DNA of 64,000 nt from Candidatus Poribacteria bacterium (GTDB taxonomy: Bacteria; Poribacteria; WGA-4E; WGA-3G), in NCBI GenBank assembly GCA_965197475.1, contig CBDANF010000002.1, positions 1,056,001 to 1,120,000 of the forward strand, written 5' to 3'. Shown one piece after another: positions 18,789 to 28,111 of this stretch (the first letter of the stretch is position 1; every line of letters begins with the position of its first letter). Made by a program: the position numbers and the translations under genes. Below the pieces are notes generated by a model. That model was not told the DNA's origin. It ran no database searches and saw only the letters and a list, made by a program, of their open reading frames with translations.

Positions 18789-19878
18789 CAGGACTTACGC
18801 AATAATCTACAATTATGTTATACTGTTCTATTATGACTACATTACACTTTCTAAAAAGAAGCACCACTTATTTTCTGATTATTGTCAATTTTTGTTAGCG
18901 AGTTTCACTAATTTTACACAAACCTATTTTGCAAACCATACGGAGAAGTGGAGCCATGATCAACTCAATCGTTTCCTGAGAAACGAAAACATTCCTTCAA
19001 GCGAACTCTGGGAATCTGTCAAAGACGACATTGCGTTTGATAAAGATGGATACCTTATCTTTGACGATGTTGTGCTGTCAAAAATATATTCAAAACTGAT
19101 TGAAGCTGCCTACCCTCAATGGAGTGGTAGCGACAAAAAGGTCATTGAAGGCATCGGTATTGTCACGTGTGTCTATGTTAACCCAAAGACACACGAGTAT
19201 TGGATCATTGATTACCGCATTTTTGACAAAGACCCTGATGGTAAATCCAAAATTGATCATTTACTTGATATGTTGCACGATGCTTACTTCAAGAAACAAC
19301 TCTCGTTTCGGACAGTGCTAATGGATGCTTGGTATGTATCCATGAAAGTAATGAAAGCGATTGCGGCACTTTCCAAGGTCTACTATGCGCCCCTGAAACG
19401 AAACAGGCTTGTAAATGATACGGATGGTGTTGAACCGCACCAGCAAGTCCAAGATTTATCTTGGTCTCCATCAGAAACGACACAAGGCAAACGCGTGCAT
19501 ATCAAAAGGTTTCCAAAAGGGTATCAAGTGAAGTTGTTCCGGATTGTGTCTGATACAGGACGCACGGAATATATTGTGACAAACGATTTATCTCAATCGG
19601 ATGCGAAAGCGACAAAACAACAGTGTCGGGTTCGCTGGAAGATTGAGCAACTTCATCGTGAAATCAAACAATTAACCGGTATTGACAAATGTCAATGCCG
19701 CAAACTGCGTGCCCAACGAAACCATATTGCGTGTTGTTTCCAGGTCTGGGTCTGCTTGAAGCGTGCTGCCCGGAAAATCACTCAAACGATTTACGAACTC
19801 AAACAAAGTTTATTGGATGATTACGGACGACATCAACTCTCTAATCCTTCAATAATCTTCAAAACTGCGTAAGTCCTG
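18789..19878 (+). mobile_element. IS701-family insertion sequence
   Basis: Perfect 13-bp TIR CAGGACTTACGCA/TGCGTAAGTCCTG; 5-bp direct repeat GTACA at 18784-18788 and 19879-19883. Confidence 0.92.
18832..19872 (+). CDS. IS701-family DDE transposase (start unresolved; nearest ATG 18833 is out of frame)
   Basis: DYCQFLL, IFDDVVLSK, VLMDAWY, RWKIEQLHREIKQLTG. Confidence 0.82.
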   Translation, partial: YDYITLSKKKHHLFSDYCQFLLASFTNFTQTYFANHTEKWSHDQLNRFLRNENIPSSELWESVKDDIAFDKDGYLIFDDVVLSKIYSKLIEAAYPQWSGSDKKVIEGIGIVTCVYVNPKTHEYWIIDYRIFDKDPDGKSKIDHLLDMLHDAYFKKQLSFRTVLMDAWYVSMKVMKAIAALSKVYYAPLKRNRLVNDTDGVEPHQQVQDLSWSPSETTQGKRVHIKRFPKGYQVKLFRIVSDTGRTEYIVTNDLSQSDAKATKQQCRVRWKIEQLHREIKQLTGIDKCQCRKLRAQRNHIACCFQVWVCLKRAARKITQTIYELKQSLLDDYGRHQLSNPSIIFKTA

Positions 19879-20364
19879 GTACAATTATACATTGCATTTC
19901 ATTCAATAGTTATCTGCGATCCACATCATACTGAACGGATAGATCTTGTGCCAGCACCTTAGTCCATACCATTATTTCTATACTGTCGAAAAGAGTTAGA
20001 TTAATAGTGCGAATGTCCTAAAGTTGTGGAGAAAACACGAAACTAAAAGACAATTGTCAATGTATGACATTATAACACTGTACACTTTCTATAATCCACA
20101 CTTATCGTAACCCGTAGTGTTAATATGATGTCAAAAATTTACCCGCCCATCTTATTGTAGGGCGGGTATCTGTGCCGTGTACGTTTGAACACATCATAAG
20201 GTGGTGAAACAAAATATTAATGCCGCAAATCCAAAAGAAACGTATCGATTTTTGATTATAACGTAAACACTTTTACAAACCCTAATGGAGCAGTTTGGCA
20301 GAGTGGTATTCCCATTGCTGAATAGTACCTGACAAAATATTGGCAAATTCTAACAAATTTAATC

Positions 20365-21051
20365 TCATTGCAAAATTGAATGCAGTTCCTCTTCACGTTG
20401 AGGGTCTGATTTTGCAGCTTCGGTTTCTTTAGCAGATTTGTAACCGTATATCTCAATTTCATTGATTCTTGCAGGATATTGGCGTTTTTCAAATCTCCTG
20501 TTTGATCTATTAGAATTTGCATTAGGATTTCTATCCTCTTTATCTTGTTTAGTTAAGAACTCAGCTTTAGCTTTTCGATTCAAAGCGGCAGCACCCGAAG
20601 TATCTAAAACTACCAAACGCAATCGATCAGTAGGAAAGGGATATGAAATAGGAATCACAAACGGGTTTGAATTGACCATCTTAATGTCTTTTAATAATTG
20701 CCAATCCGTATCTGAATGTATAGTTCCACCTTTATTTGCATATATAACAAACTTCTTGATATTATCTGAATGAATTACGATCCGATGGATGCTCTTTTTT
20801 TCTGGTAATGTAATAATAACTTCTGTCGCATTACTTGAACCATAGAGTTTCCCTGGACCTCTTGAACGGGTTGTCACTCCTACAGTGTTCAGATTTCCGT
20901 CAATCATTTCTGGACTTGTTGAACGGACACCTTCAAGTAAGGCGTAGTTTACACTCAATTCTTGTTCTGCAATCAAGGCATGACCAAGACATCCCGTTAA
21001 AAAAGCAGCAGAACAGAAAAGCATCGGTAAAAAGGTAAATCTAAAAAACAT
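20365..21051 (-). CDS. Hypothetical lipoprotein with discoidin/galactose-binding-like fold
   Basis: Lipobox LTGC; MIDGN, I.LPE..SIHRIVIH, EIEIYG; RBS AAGGAG before ATG 21051. Confidence 0.6.
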   Translation of the reverse strand: MFFRFTFLPMLFCSAAFLTGCLGHALIAEQELSVNYALLEGVRSTSPEMIDGNLNTVGVTTRSRGPGKLYGSSNATEVIITLPEKKSIHRIVIHSDNIKKFVIYANKGGTIHSDTDWQLLKDIKMVNSNPFVIPISYPFPTDRLRLVVLDTSGAAALNRKAKAEFLTKQDKEDRNPNANSNRSNRRFEKRQYPARINEIEIYGYKSAKETEAAKSDPQREEELHSILQ

Positions 21052-21308
21052 TATATAAACTCCTTTGTGTACTTGTGTATCTATATTTGCCAACTAATCT
21101 CAATTTATTGTTAGACAGGAAAAAACAGATAATGTTCGTCCAGTCGAGATATTTTTAACCAATCTCAATTGATTAGTAATTATAACCGTTTTTTTTCAAA
21201 ATTGTCAAGTAAAATTTGATGAAAGTTAAGGAAATTGAAATCAACGTTATCTGAAGTTGCATGCACTTATGGTATTCTGCGCGCCCCTGCCTATAAGTTA
21301 TACTTGAT

Positions 21309-21812
21309 TCAAATACCCATGCGGAGTGCAACAGCTACCAATAGAATAAGTAATGAAACAACCCCCATAAGGCTTGAAACAATAGACATTTGGACGCGAT
21401 ACGGCTTAACTTCAGGTGGGAGTTCCTCTATTCCTGGGTCTAAGCCCTCAATTGCTGCTAATAATCTCGGTGCAAAGACAAAGCTGTGCAGTACGGTGAG
21501 GATAAGCAGCACAACGAATAACATCATTTTAATAAATAACGTTCGCATGAAGATATTGACAATTGGTGAAGAAAAGTCTATAGCATCAAAGATATTACCT
21601 ATTCCGGTAAAAAATAGCACACCGACACACCCCCATACAATCGGTTCAAACCGTTTGCCAATTTGTGTCAAGAGTTGAATGCGTTTCACAGGCGGTAAGT
21701 TCTGTCTGAAATACGGAACAATGACCATCGCTAAAATGAGATTACCGCCAATCCAAATCACTGCGGCAATAACATGTATCCATCGAATTAATAACCAATG
21801 TATCTCCGGCAT
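21309..21812 (-). CDS. CopD/DUF4149-like membrane protein
   Basis: RWIHVIAAVIWIGG; four TM helices. Confidence 0.65.
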   Translation of the reverse strand: MPEIHWLLIRWIHVIAAVIWIGGNLILAMVIVPYFRQNLPPVKRIQLLTQIGKRFEPIVWGCVGVLFFTGIGNIFDAIDFSSPIVNIFMRTLFIKMMLFVVLLILTVLHSFVFAPRLLAAIEGLDPGIEELPPEVKPYRVQMSIVSSLMGVVSLLILLVAVALRMGI

Positions 21813-21874
21813 ATTACGTTTTCCTTTTCATGTGTAGCGGTCCATTCCCGCTATATCTAATTATTTGTAGATGT

Positions 21875-23524
21875 TCAAGCTTCTTCAATGCGGTGAATAA
21901 TCGCCTCTGTTTGAGAGATTAATGCTTTCCGATCCTCAGTAGAAAGCGGTACAGGGGCAAACCGATGATAGTCACATTTCGTAAGAATATCAACCAATTC
22001 CTTAAGTATGGATGCTGAAACACTGAATTGTGTGCAAATTTCTTCGACTTCTGTAGTGTTAAGTTGGCGGTATGGTAAATCTTGTCGTTCACAGAGATAT
22101 TGATGTAGGATTCGGGTCAGTGTCTCGCTGAAGGATGTCGCATTTGCATCCGTTTTGCCAGATTCTAACGATTGGAGTGCTGAGAAGGTTTGTGTTGCAG
22201 GAGTCATTGCGGTATCAGGTGCAGTAGATGTGTTTTCAGGTTTGGACTTAGCACGATACAATAGATATCCGCCTATTGCAACACCAACGAGGAGTGGTAT
22301 TAATAGAAGTAACCATAATGCCCACGATGACGAATCGGATTCAATCTCAACGCCTTCACTTGGATTAGGTATAACAGTAATACCAACTGGTTTTGTTTTA
22401 GTTGTCTGATATGCCTCTTTGTTAGGATTGAAGTAGGCGAATTCAATTGTTGGAATCTGTAATATTCCTGCTTTGAGTGGGATAAGCACATATTTGTAGA
22501 TTCTGGTGTGGGAGGTGTCAATTTTGGCAAGAATTGGCGGTTCTACCCTGAATCCGCTAATGGGTGAAATTTTTGGAGCGGTTACCGTTTTGATGTTACC
22601 GTTGCCAGTGATTTGCAGTGAAAGCGTAAGTGCTTTTCGGACTTCAAGTCTCTTCGGGTCAACTTGTGCGGTGATGTTATATTTACCTATAGCCCCGCTG
22701 AAACCTGCAGGCTTTCCGACTTCAGGCAGTGGTTGGACATTGAGCAGTAAGGGTTTTGTTTTTAACGTCTTTGCATTACCTTTTATTGGAAGCTTCAACT
22801 GCGCGGGTTGAATAAGGATTTGCCCAGTTTTTTGTGGGTACAAGCGTCTCACATATTCTTGCACTTGATATGTTCTACCGCGCATCTGCGTAGTTGTATC
22901 TGTCTCATCAGAAAGTTCTTCAACTAAAAAATCGCGTAAAGTAGGGAGTGAATGTGTCGGGGATTCACGGGTTGGCAGCACGGTCGTATAAAGGTAACGA
23001 AACCGATATTCAATTGCTTCATTTAGATACGGTTTTTTTTTGCTGACTTCAGCCTGGACTTTATGAATACCGCCGGTTGAGATATCCACATAGGTATCAA
23101 CCGCACCCACCGTGATAGTACCGGGATTTGCAATATAGGGCACCCCTTGATAAGAAAAACGGACATCCGATAGTGCGATTTTTCCCGCCTTCTGAGGAAT
23201 AAGTTCATAAGCCCACGCCATTTTCACAGCCACTTTATCATCTACTAATCGTGGCGTTGTGTTGGAATGCTTCGGGACAGCGAGAAAATCGGGTAAAAAG
23301 TTGAAGGACGGGGCACCGATATGTTTTATCAGCGTCTTCCCCGAAATTGTGAGTTCTAACGTTGCCCTTTCATTCAATTGAATATGGCGCGGGGTGACGA
23401 CTGCTTCGACTTTGACATCTTGGCTTTGGGCACCCGTCTGGAAAAGCATCAGTAAGATACTGAAGGTGATAATCGTAAAATATGTTCGCAACAGAGGTAT
23501 CTGAAAATTACCAATCTTTTTCAC
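21875..23524 (-). CDS. batD: BatD-family protein (start uncertain)
   Basis: Repeated Ig-like units, LNVQPLP...FSGAIG, TGNGNIK, FAYFNP..EAYQT, C-terminal TM plus CDYHRFAP. Confidence 0.8.
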   Translation of the reverse strand: MKKIGNFQIPLLRTYFTIITFSILLMLFQTGAQSQDVKVEAVVTPRHIQLNERATLELTISGKTLIKHIGAPSFNFLPDFLAVPKHSNTTPRLVDDKVAVKMAWAYELIPQKAGKIALSDVRFSYQGVPYIANPGTITVGAVDTYVDISTGGIHKVQAEVSKKKPYLNEAIEYRFRYLYTTVLPTRESPTHSLPTLRDFLVEELSDETDTTTQMRGRTYQVQEYVRRLYPQKTGQILIQPAQLKLPIKGNAKTLKTKPLLLNVQPLPEVGKPAGFSGAIGKYNITAQVDPKRLEVRKALTLSLQITGNGNIKTVTAPKISPISGFRVEPPILAKIDTSHTRIYKYVLIPLKAGILQIPTIEFAYFNPNKEAYQTTKTKPVGITVIPNPSEGVEIESDSSSWALWLLLLIPLLVGVAIGGYLLYRAKSKPENTSTAPDTAMTPATQTFSALQSLESGKTDANATSFSETLTRILHQYLCERQDLPYRQLNTTEVEEICTQFSVSASILKELVDILTKCDYHRFAPVPLSTEDRKALISQTEAIIHRIEEA

Positions 23525-24134
23525 GCCGATATCCACTATTGAGTTGTTGTTTGAGTATCTTTTGCCGGTGCTTATTTTCATTTTTGCTCAAACGTTCAAG
23601 AAGTTGAAGGGTCTCCGCTTTAGAGAGGTTACTCGACTCAGTTTTTGCTGAATCCGGTTTCTTACTATTCTCCATTTGCTGCAGTGTAGTGTTTTGCTGT
23701 TGCTCTTTCAGCAGTTGAAGTGCTAATGTGAGATTATGTTTAGTGTCATCATCATGTGGGTTCAAACGAAGCGAGTGCTCATAAGATTTAACCGCTGCTG
23801 TGAGATCGCGCAGCTGAAACTGGGCATTTCCTAAATTGTAATAGACAGCTGCTTCATTGGGAATATTCCCATCTAAAAGGGCTGTTTGAAAGGATGCTGC
23901 AGATTCTTTATATCTGCCTTTTTTGTAGAGTGCTGTGCCGAGATTATGATGTGATATCGGATTATTAGGTTTCTCATAGATAGCTTGTTGAAAAGCATCT
24001 AATGCAGCGTCATAGTTCTGATGCCAATATGCCTCGGTACCGGTTTTGATGGTTCGCGTCCAATTCCCTAACCATCCAACAAGGAAAGACAAAATAAATA
24101 TGAAAAGTGAGCAATAGAAAATTTTATTCCACAT
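23508..24134 (-). CDS. BatC-like TPR protein
   Basis: HNLGTALYK, YYNLGNAQF, NPHDDDTKHNL, C-terminal EKDW. Confidence 0.8.
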   Translation of the reverse strand: MWNKIFYCSLFIFILSFLVGWLGNWTRTIKTGTEAYWHQNYDAALDAFQQAIYEKPNNPISHHNLGTALYKKGRYKESAASFQTALLDGNIPNEAAVYYNLGNAQFQLRDLTAAVKSYEHSLRLNPHDDDTKHNLTLALQLLKEQQQNTTLQQMENSKKPDSAKTESSNLSKAETLQLLERLSKNENKHRQKILKQQLNSGYRREKDW

Positions 24135-24140
24135 GTTCTT

Positions 24141-24169
24141 ATTATAACGAATAACATGGTGATTTGCAA
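24141..24169 (-). promoter_or_regulatory. Sigma70 promoter, probably leaderless transcript
   Basis: TTGCAA-17-TATAAT with ATG 6 nt after the -10 box and no RBS. Confidence 0.65.
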
Positions 24170-24322
24170 GGAATTGTATGACCTTTCTTTGAAACCTGCC
24201 AACAAGATGAAAGGGATCTGGAAAGAAAAAAACATGGTGAACAGAAAAAATCTATTCCCATTCGCCACTGCGTAGGCACTTTAAAAGCAGCACTACTATA
24301 AAGTTGTAGAATTAATTGCGAT

Positions 24323-25162
24323 CTATTTCCGCTTTATATCTGCCCAGATAGTCGTTAACTTTCCTGCGGGTTCAACAGGTAGAATACCCGCAACTTCTTG
24401 GAAGAATTCTGCTTGGTTAGTAGCTTTATCGGGATAAATTTTAACAGCATCGTGTGTAGCATCGTCAAAGTGAAGGTTCATGTAAGCACCTCCTCCAACT
24501 TCAGTCACACGAAAAAGGAGTACGTTTGCCCCTTTTTCCAATGATATCTCAACGTTGAAGTGTACTTTTCTGGCAGCACCTGTCCAGTCAGGGTGATAGT
24601 ACCATTTCTCTCCATTAATCCATATCTGCGCATTGTTATCATGTGCAGGCGACATTACGGATGTCATCGCTTTTGGTGAATCAATCACAAGAATACCATG
24701 GATGTCAATATTATCTGGGGGCCCGCCTCTGTTCATGTTATTATCGTCTGCTATAGGCAGTTCAAAGACATTCCATTCCCGGGTTCCACCGTGTCCATCC
24801 CAATCAATTTCGTTGATAGTTTTTGTCTTCTGCAAACCAGCAAGCGTGGAAAGGGTTTCCTGCGTCAGTTTTCCATTGGTGCCTTCGTCAATAAGATCTG
24901 TTTGTATGATTCCAGCACCACCGTTATTTGTGTAGTTACCATCAGGTCCGTACCATTTGCTGATCCAGGTGTTAACTCCGGAGTGATCTTCCTCATTCTT
25001 TCCAGGGGGATTGGCGAAGAATTCGCCTTCTTTCAAGGGACCTCCCTTGAGATTAACTTCACCTATTGCAAACGCGAGATTTGTCGCACTGAAAACTAAT
25101 CCTAAACTTAGTGTGATTGTTAATATAAAAAAGTAGAGGGTATTGGTTAAATAATGATGCAA
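24323..25162 (-). CDS. Secreted hypothetical protein with C-terminal VEPAGKLTTIWADIK tag; start unresolved (TTG inside the RNA motif)
   Basis: Hydrophobic signal ending AFA; beta-sandwich-like C-half (IWINGE, LEKGANVLLF); same tag as the LamG gene. Confidence 0.7.
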   Translation of the reverse strand: MHHYLTNTLYFFILTITLSLGLVFSATNLAFAIGEVNLKGGPLKEGEFFANPPGKNEEDHSGVNTWISKWYGPDGNYTNNGGAGIIQTDLIDEGTNGKLTQETLSTLAGLQKTKTINEIDWDGHGGTREWNVFELPIADDNNMNRGGPPDNIDIHGILVIDSPKAMTSVMSPAHDNNAQIWINGEKWYYHPDWTGAARKVHFNVEISLEKGANVLLFRVTEVGGGAYMNLHFDDATHDAVKIYPDKATNQAEFFQEVAGILPVEPAGKLTTIWADIKRK

Positions 25163-25199
25163 GAATTAGCGGGATACCCTCTGAACCGCGCTGCATCAT
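25127..25199 (-). ncRNA. Candidate structured cis-regulatory RNA leader, copy 2
   Basis: Same stems as 2128-2197; AGAGGGUAU/AUACCCUCU followed by ACUUUUUU; TGnTATCAT at 25215-25223. Confidence 0.55.
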
Positions 25200-25227
25200 A
25201 TTTCAGTTGCGGTAATGATAACACTTA

Positions 25228-26579
25228 CTGATATTTCTCAGAATGGTCTTGAACCTAATAATAATCAATAGAAACAAGGTATAGCACCATGAAAATGCGT
25301 TTTTGCTGTGTCCATTTTCCTTGACTTTTATAGCATGAGATAGCATCCTAATTACAGATTTGAATATAAACAAACATTAGGAGGATATCTCATGCTAACT
25401 CAGCTTATCAAATCTACCACTTTTTTTCAAGAACTTCTATCTTCACAGTTTCGGACCTTGAAACAGCATTTTGTTCATACCTTAGTGTTTTTGTCAACCT
25501 GCCATCTGTTTGGGCTCACTAACCCGGATCAAGTGGCGGATGCGTTGTCTATTCCGAAAACGAGGCTATATCGGGAATTGAACACGATGAGTCTTTATCT
25601 CTGGCAGCATCTTTTTGTGCGTATCGGGTGTTCTATTGCGTTAGAGGTGCTACAGGAGGCAGTATCAAAAAGTGCTGCTTCTCTATCGCGTCTACGTATC
25701 GTCATCAGTGTGGATGATACCTTTGTTTTCCGCTATGGAGAGGGTCTCGCCTACACATCCAATTGGTGGTCTTCTCAAGCAAAACAGCCGATGAAGGGGC
25801 AAAATATATTGGGGATCGTCCTAAAGATTGGAAAACGGATCATTCCCCTGAATATGCGACTGATCAGCAAACAAGGACGCGGGAATACGGATAAACCCTC
25901 CTGTGTCATCACTATGTTCAAGGAAATCTTGTCTTTCTTTGAAGGGACCGGAATAGATATCCGAAACTATCCGGTCACCTTTGATTCGTGGTATGGTAGC
26001 CGCCACTTGATTGACACCTTGCGAGAAATGGGATTTGAAACGATCCTTGTGCACGGAAAAAGCAACTATGTGATGACGATTGATGAAAAAAAAGGTGAAA
26101 CTCTCGGAGCATAAAAAGCCGATCAAACTCCTCTCCAATCAATGGGGTTGCGATAAACCGGTCTATCGCACTAAAGCCACAAGTCCAACTTTTGAAAAGT
26201 CGTGGTGTTCTTGGCAGACCGTGGCAAAATCCGAACAATGCTGGTATTCGGGAAACCGCTGCGTGCGTGTGAAATCCTACGGATATGGTCTCAACACCAC
26301 GGTATAGAACAGTATTGGCGGCATCTAAAAACAGACCTAAACCTCGCATCCATGAGCCTAAAAGGACGGAATGGCGCGTATGCGAACTTAGGTGTGAAAG
26401 TGATGAGCTACCTTTTGATACAGCAGGTCAGTCGCTCCGTGCGAAAAACCTTTCATCAAGGACAACTTGAACTTTCAGGACAGAGGCAGATGCTGTCTGA
26501 TCTCAGCGAGCATTTTCATGAACAAATACCAAGAAAACATTGATAAACATTGACATATGAAGAATTTGATAAATATCAG
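25228..26579 (+). mobile_element. IS4/IS701-like insertion sequence with frameshifted transposase
   Basis: Imperfect TIR CTGATATTTCTCAGAAT vs CTGATATTTATCAAATT; near-direct flanks CACTTA/CCCTTA. Confidence 0.7.
25392..26543 (+). pseudogene. DDE transposase broken into three ORFs
   Basis: ISVDDT, VTFDSWY, HHGIEQYWRHLK in successive frames; first shift at an A-run near 26085-26092. Confidence 0.8.
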
Positions 26580-26597
26580 CCCTTATTTGTATGTATT

Positions 26598-26910
26598 TCA
26601 GCCCCAGCCGGGCGAAAGGTGTCCAGAAAACGCGTATAAAAACCTCTTTAGCCCCAGCGGGGCGAAAGGTATATAAAAAACGCGTGCTAACAATTTGATC
26701 TTGATGTGTGCACCAAAACAGGTACACCTGTCGCCCGCTGGGGCTAAAGATTAGGTAATCACACGCGACTATACACCTATCGTCCCGCTGGGACTAAAGA
26801 CTCATACATATATGTCCAATATATTCTTAAATTGACACATAAGGGTAGAGTTTGCGAAACCCAACAACAGTGTGACAAAGTTGGGTTTCGCAAACTCTAC
26901 CTAACCTATA
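26598..26910. repeat. REP-like cluster (GCCCCAGCGGGGCGA units and GTAG-type hairpin pair)
   Basis: Four related CCCC..GGGG units; GTAGAGTTTGCGAAACCCAAC inverted pair; similar to 5360-5700. Confidence 0.7.
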
Positions 26911-26989
26911 GGCTACTATGACAATTTGTCAATTAGATATGGTGGCGTGGCAATTCTGTTAAGATGTGGAATCAATAGGTGTGCAATCT

Positions 26990-27214
26990 TTATCCTATAT
27001 TGTGGTCCAGGTCAACGGCAATGAAGCGAAATCCGGTAGATTTGAGTTTTTCAACAAGCGTGGTTCGCAGTTCAAGCACACGCGCAAACTCAGAATCGGG
27101 TACCTGTATTCTCAAGACCGGTTTATGATCAAATAGGATTGCCCCTTTGATATCGAATTCTTGCATGAGTTGCTCTGCTTGTTGCAATGCAGAAGGTGCT
27201 GGCTGGCTTTCCAT
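26990..27214 (-). CDS. Small protein resembling the C-terminal domain of LarE
   Basis: LRIQVP...LVEKLKSTGFRFIAVDLD; ATG directly after the SDR stop. Confidence 0.55.
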   Translation of the reverse strand: MESQPAPSALQQAEQLMQEFDIKGAILFDHKPVLRIQVPDSEFARVLELRTTLVEKLKSTGFRFIAVDLDHNIG

Positions 27215-27215
27215 A

Positions 27216-28022
27216 TTATGTGCGTTTTCTCCAGTCGCTTCCTGCCATAAACCCACCATCAACGAACACCATTTGGCCGGTAACAAAGTCAGAGGCGTTA
27301 GACGCAAAGAAGATCGTCAAGCCTGCCAAATCCTCCGGTTCACCCCAGCGGTAGGCAGGTGTGCGATTGAGAATCCATTCGTTTCGGCTATCTTCTCGCG
27401 CAGGCGCAGTCATCTCTGTTCGGATAAACCCCGGTGCAATCCCGTTGACCTGTATATTATGCGCTGCCCACTCTACTGCAAGCAGCTTTGTGAGTTGTAA
27501 AAGACCGCCTTTCGCCGCAGTATATGCAACACTTGTCGGAAGCCCAATCGCTGATGTCAGAGATAGCGTATTGATGACCTTACCGCCCCCTTGTTTCTCC
27601 ATGACTTTGCCGCAGGTTTTCGCGAGAAAGAACGCTCCTTTCAAATTTACATCTGTAACGAAATCCCAATCTTCTTCTGTGAAGTCCAGCGCGGGGTTCC
27701 GCACATTCACACCCGCATTGTTCACCAGCACGTCAAGTCTACCGAAAGCTTTGATGGTTTGATCAACGAGCGAGTCAATTTCCTGAAGATTACTGATGTC
27801 TGCCTGAATTGGAAGGATTGTTCTGCCGGTTTCGTCAGCAATTTGTTCAGCAACGGGGGTGAGCGTAGCTATCTCTCTACCGGCGATAACAAGTTCTGAA
27901 CCTGCGCCTGCCAGCCCTTCTGCCATCGCTCTGCCGATACCACGACTTGCGCCACTCACAAGACTTACCTTGCCATCTAACCGAAAGTGTTGAACTGTAT
28001 CTACAGCGGATTTATGATCCAT
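27216..28022 (-). CDS. SDR oxidoreductase (gluconate 5-dehydrogenase/KduD-like)
   Basis: SGASRGIG, VNNAG, YTAAK, IAPGFIRT, VDGG. Confidence 0.88.
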   Translation of the reverse strand: MDHKSAVDTVQHFRLDGKVSLVSGASRGIGRAMAEGLAGAGSELVIAGREIATLTPVAEQIADETGRTILPIQADISNLQEIDSLVDQTIKAFGRLDVLVNNAGVNVRNPALDFTEEDWDFVTDVNLKGAFFLAKTCGKVMEKQGGGKVINTLSLTSAIGLPTSVAYTAAKGGLLQLTKLLAVEWAAHNIQVNGIAPGFIRTEMTAPAREDSRNEWILNRTPAYRWGEPEDLAGLTIFFASNASDFVTGQMVFVDGGFMAGSDWRKRT

Positions 28023-28111
28023 AGTTTATCCATTAGATGTAGCCAACCACAAAAACATTGCGACTGGCGATCTCACGGCATGCTAAAGAATGTCCTTCTA
28101 CAAGAGGCAGT

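Noticed and set aside
18634-18831. N-terminal extension of the IS701 transposase ORF
   Set aside because: It extends outside the TIR and overlaps the opposite-strand gene; a chance open frame.
26080-26100. Programmed frameshift at the A-run in the transposase
   Set aside because: A second frame break near 26200 indicates decay rather than recoding.
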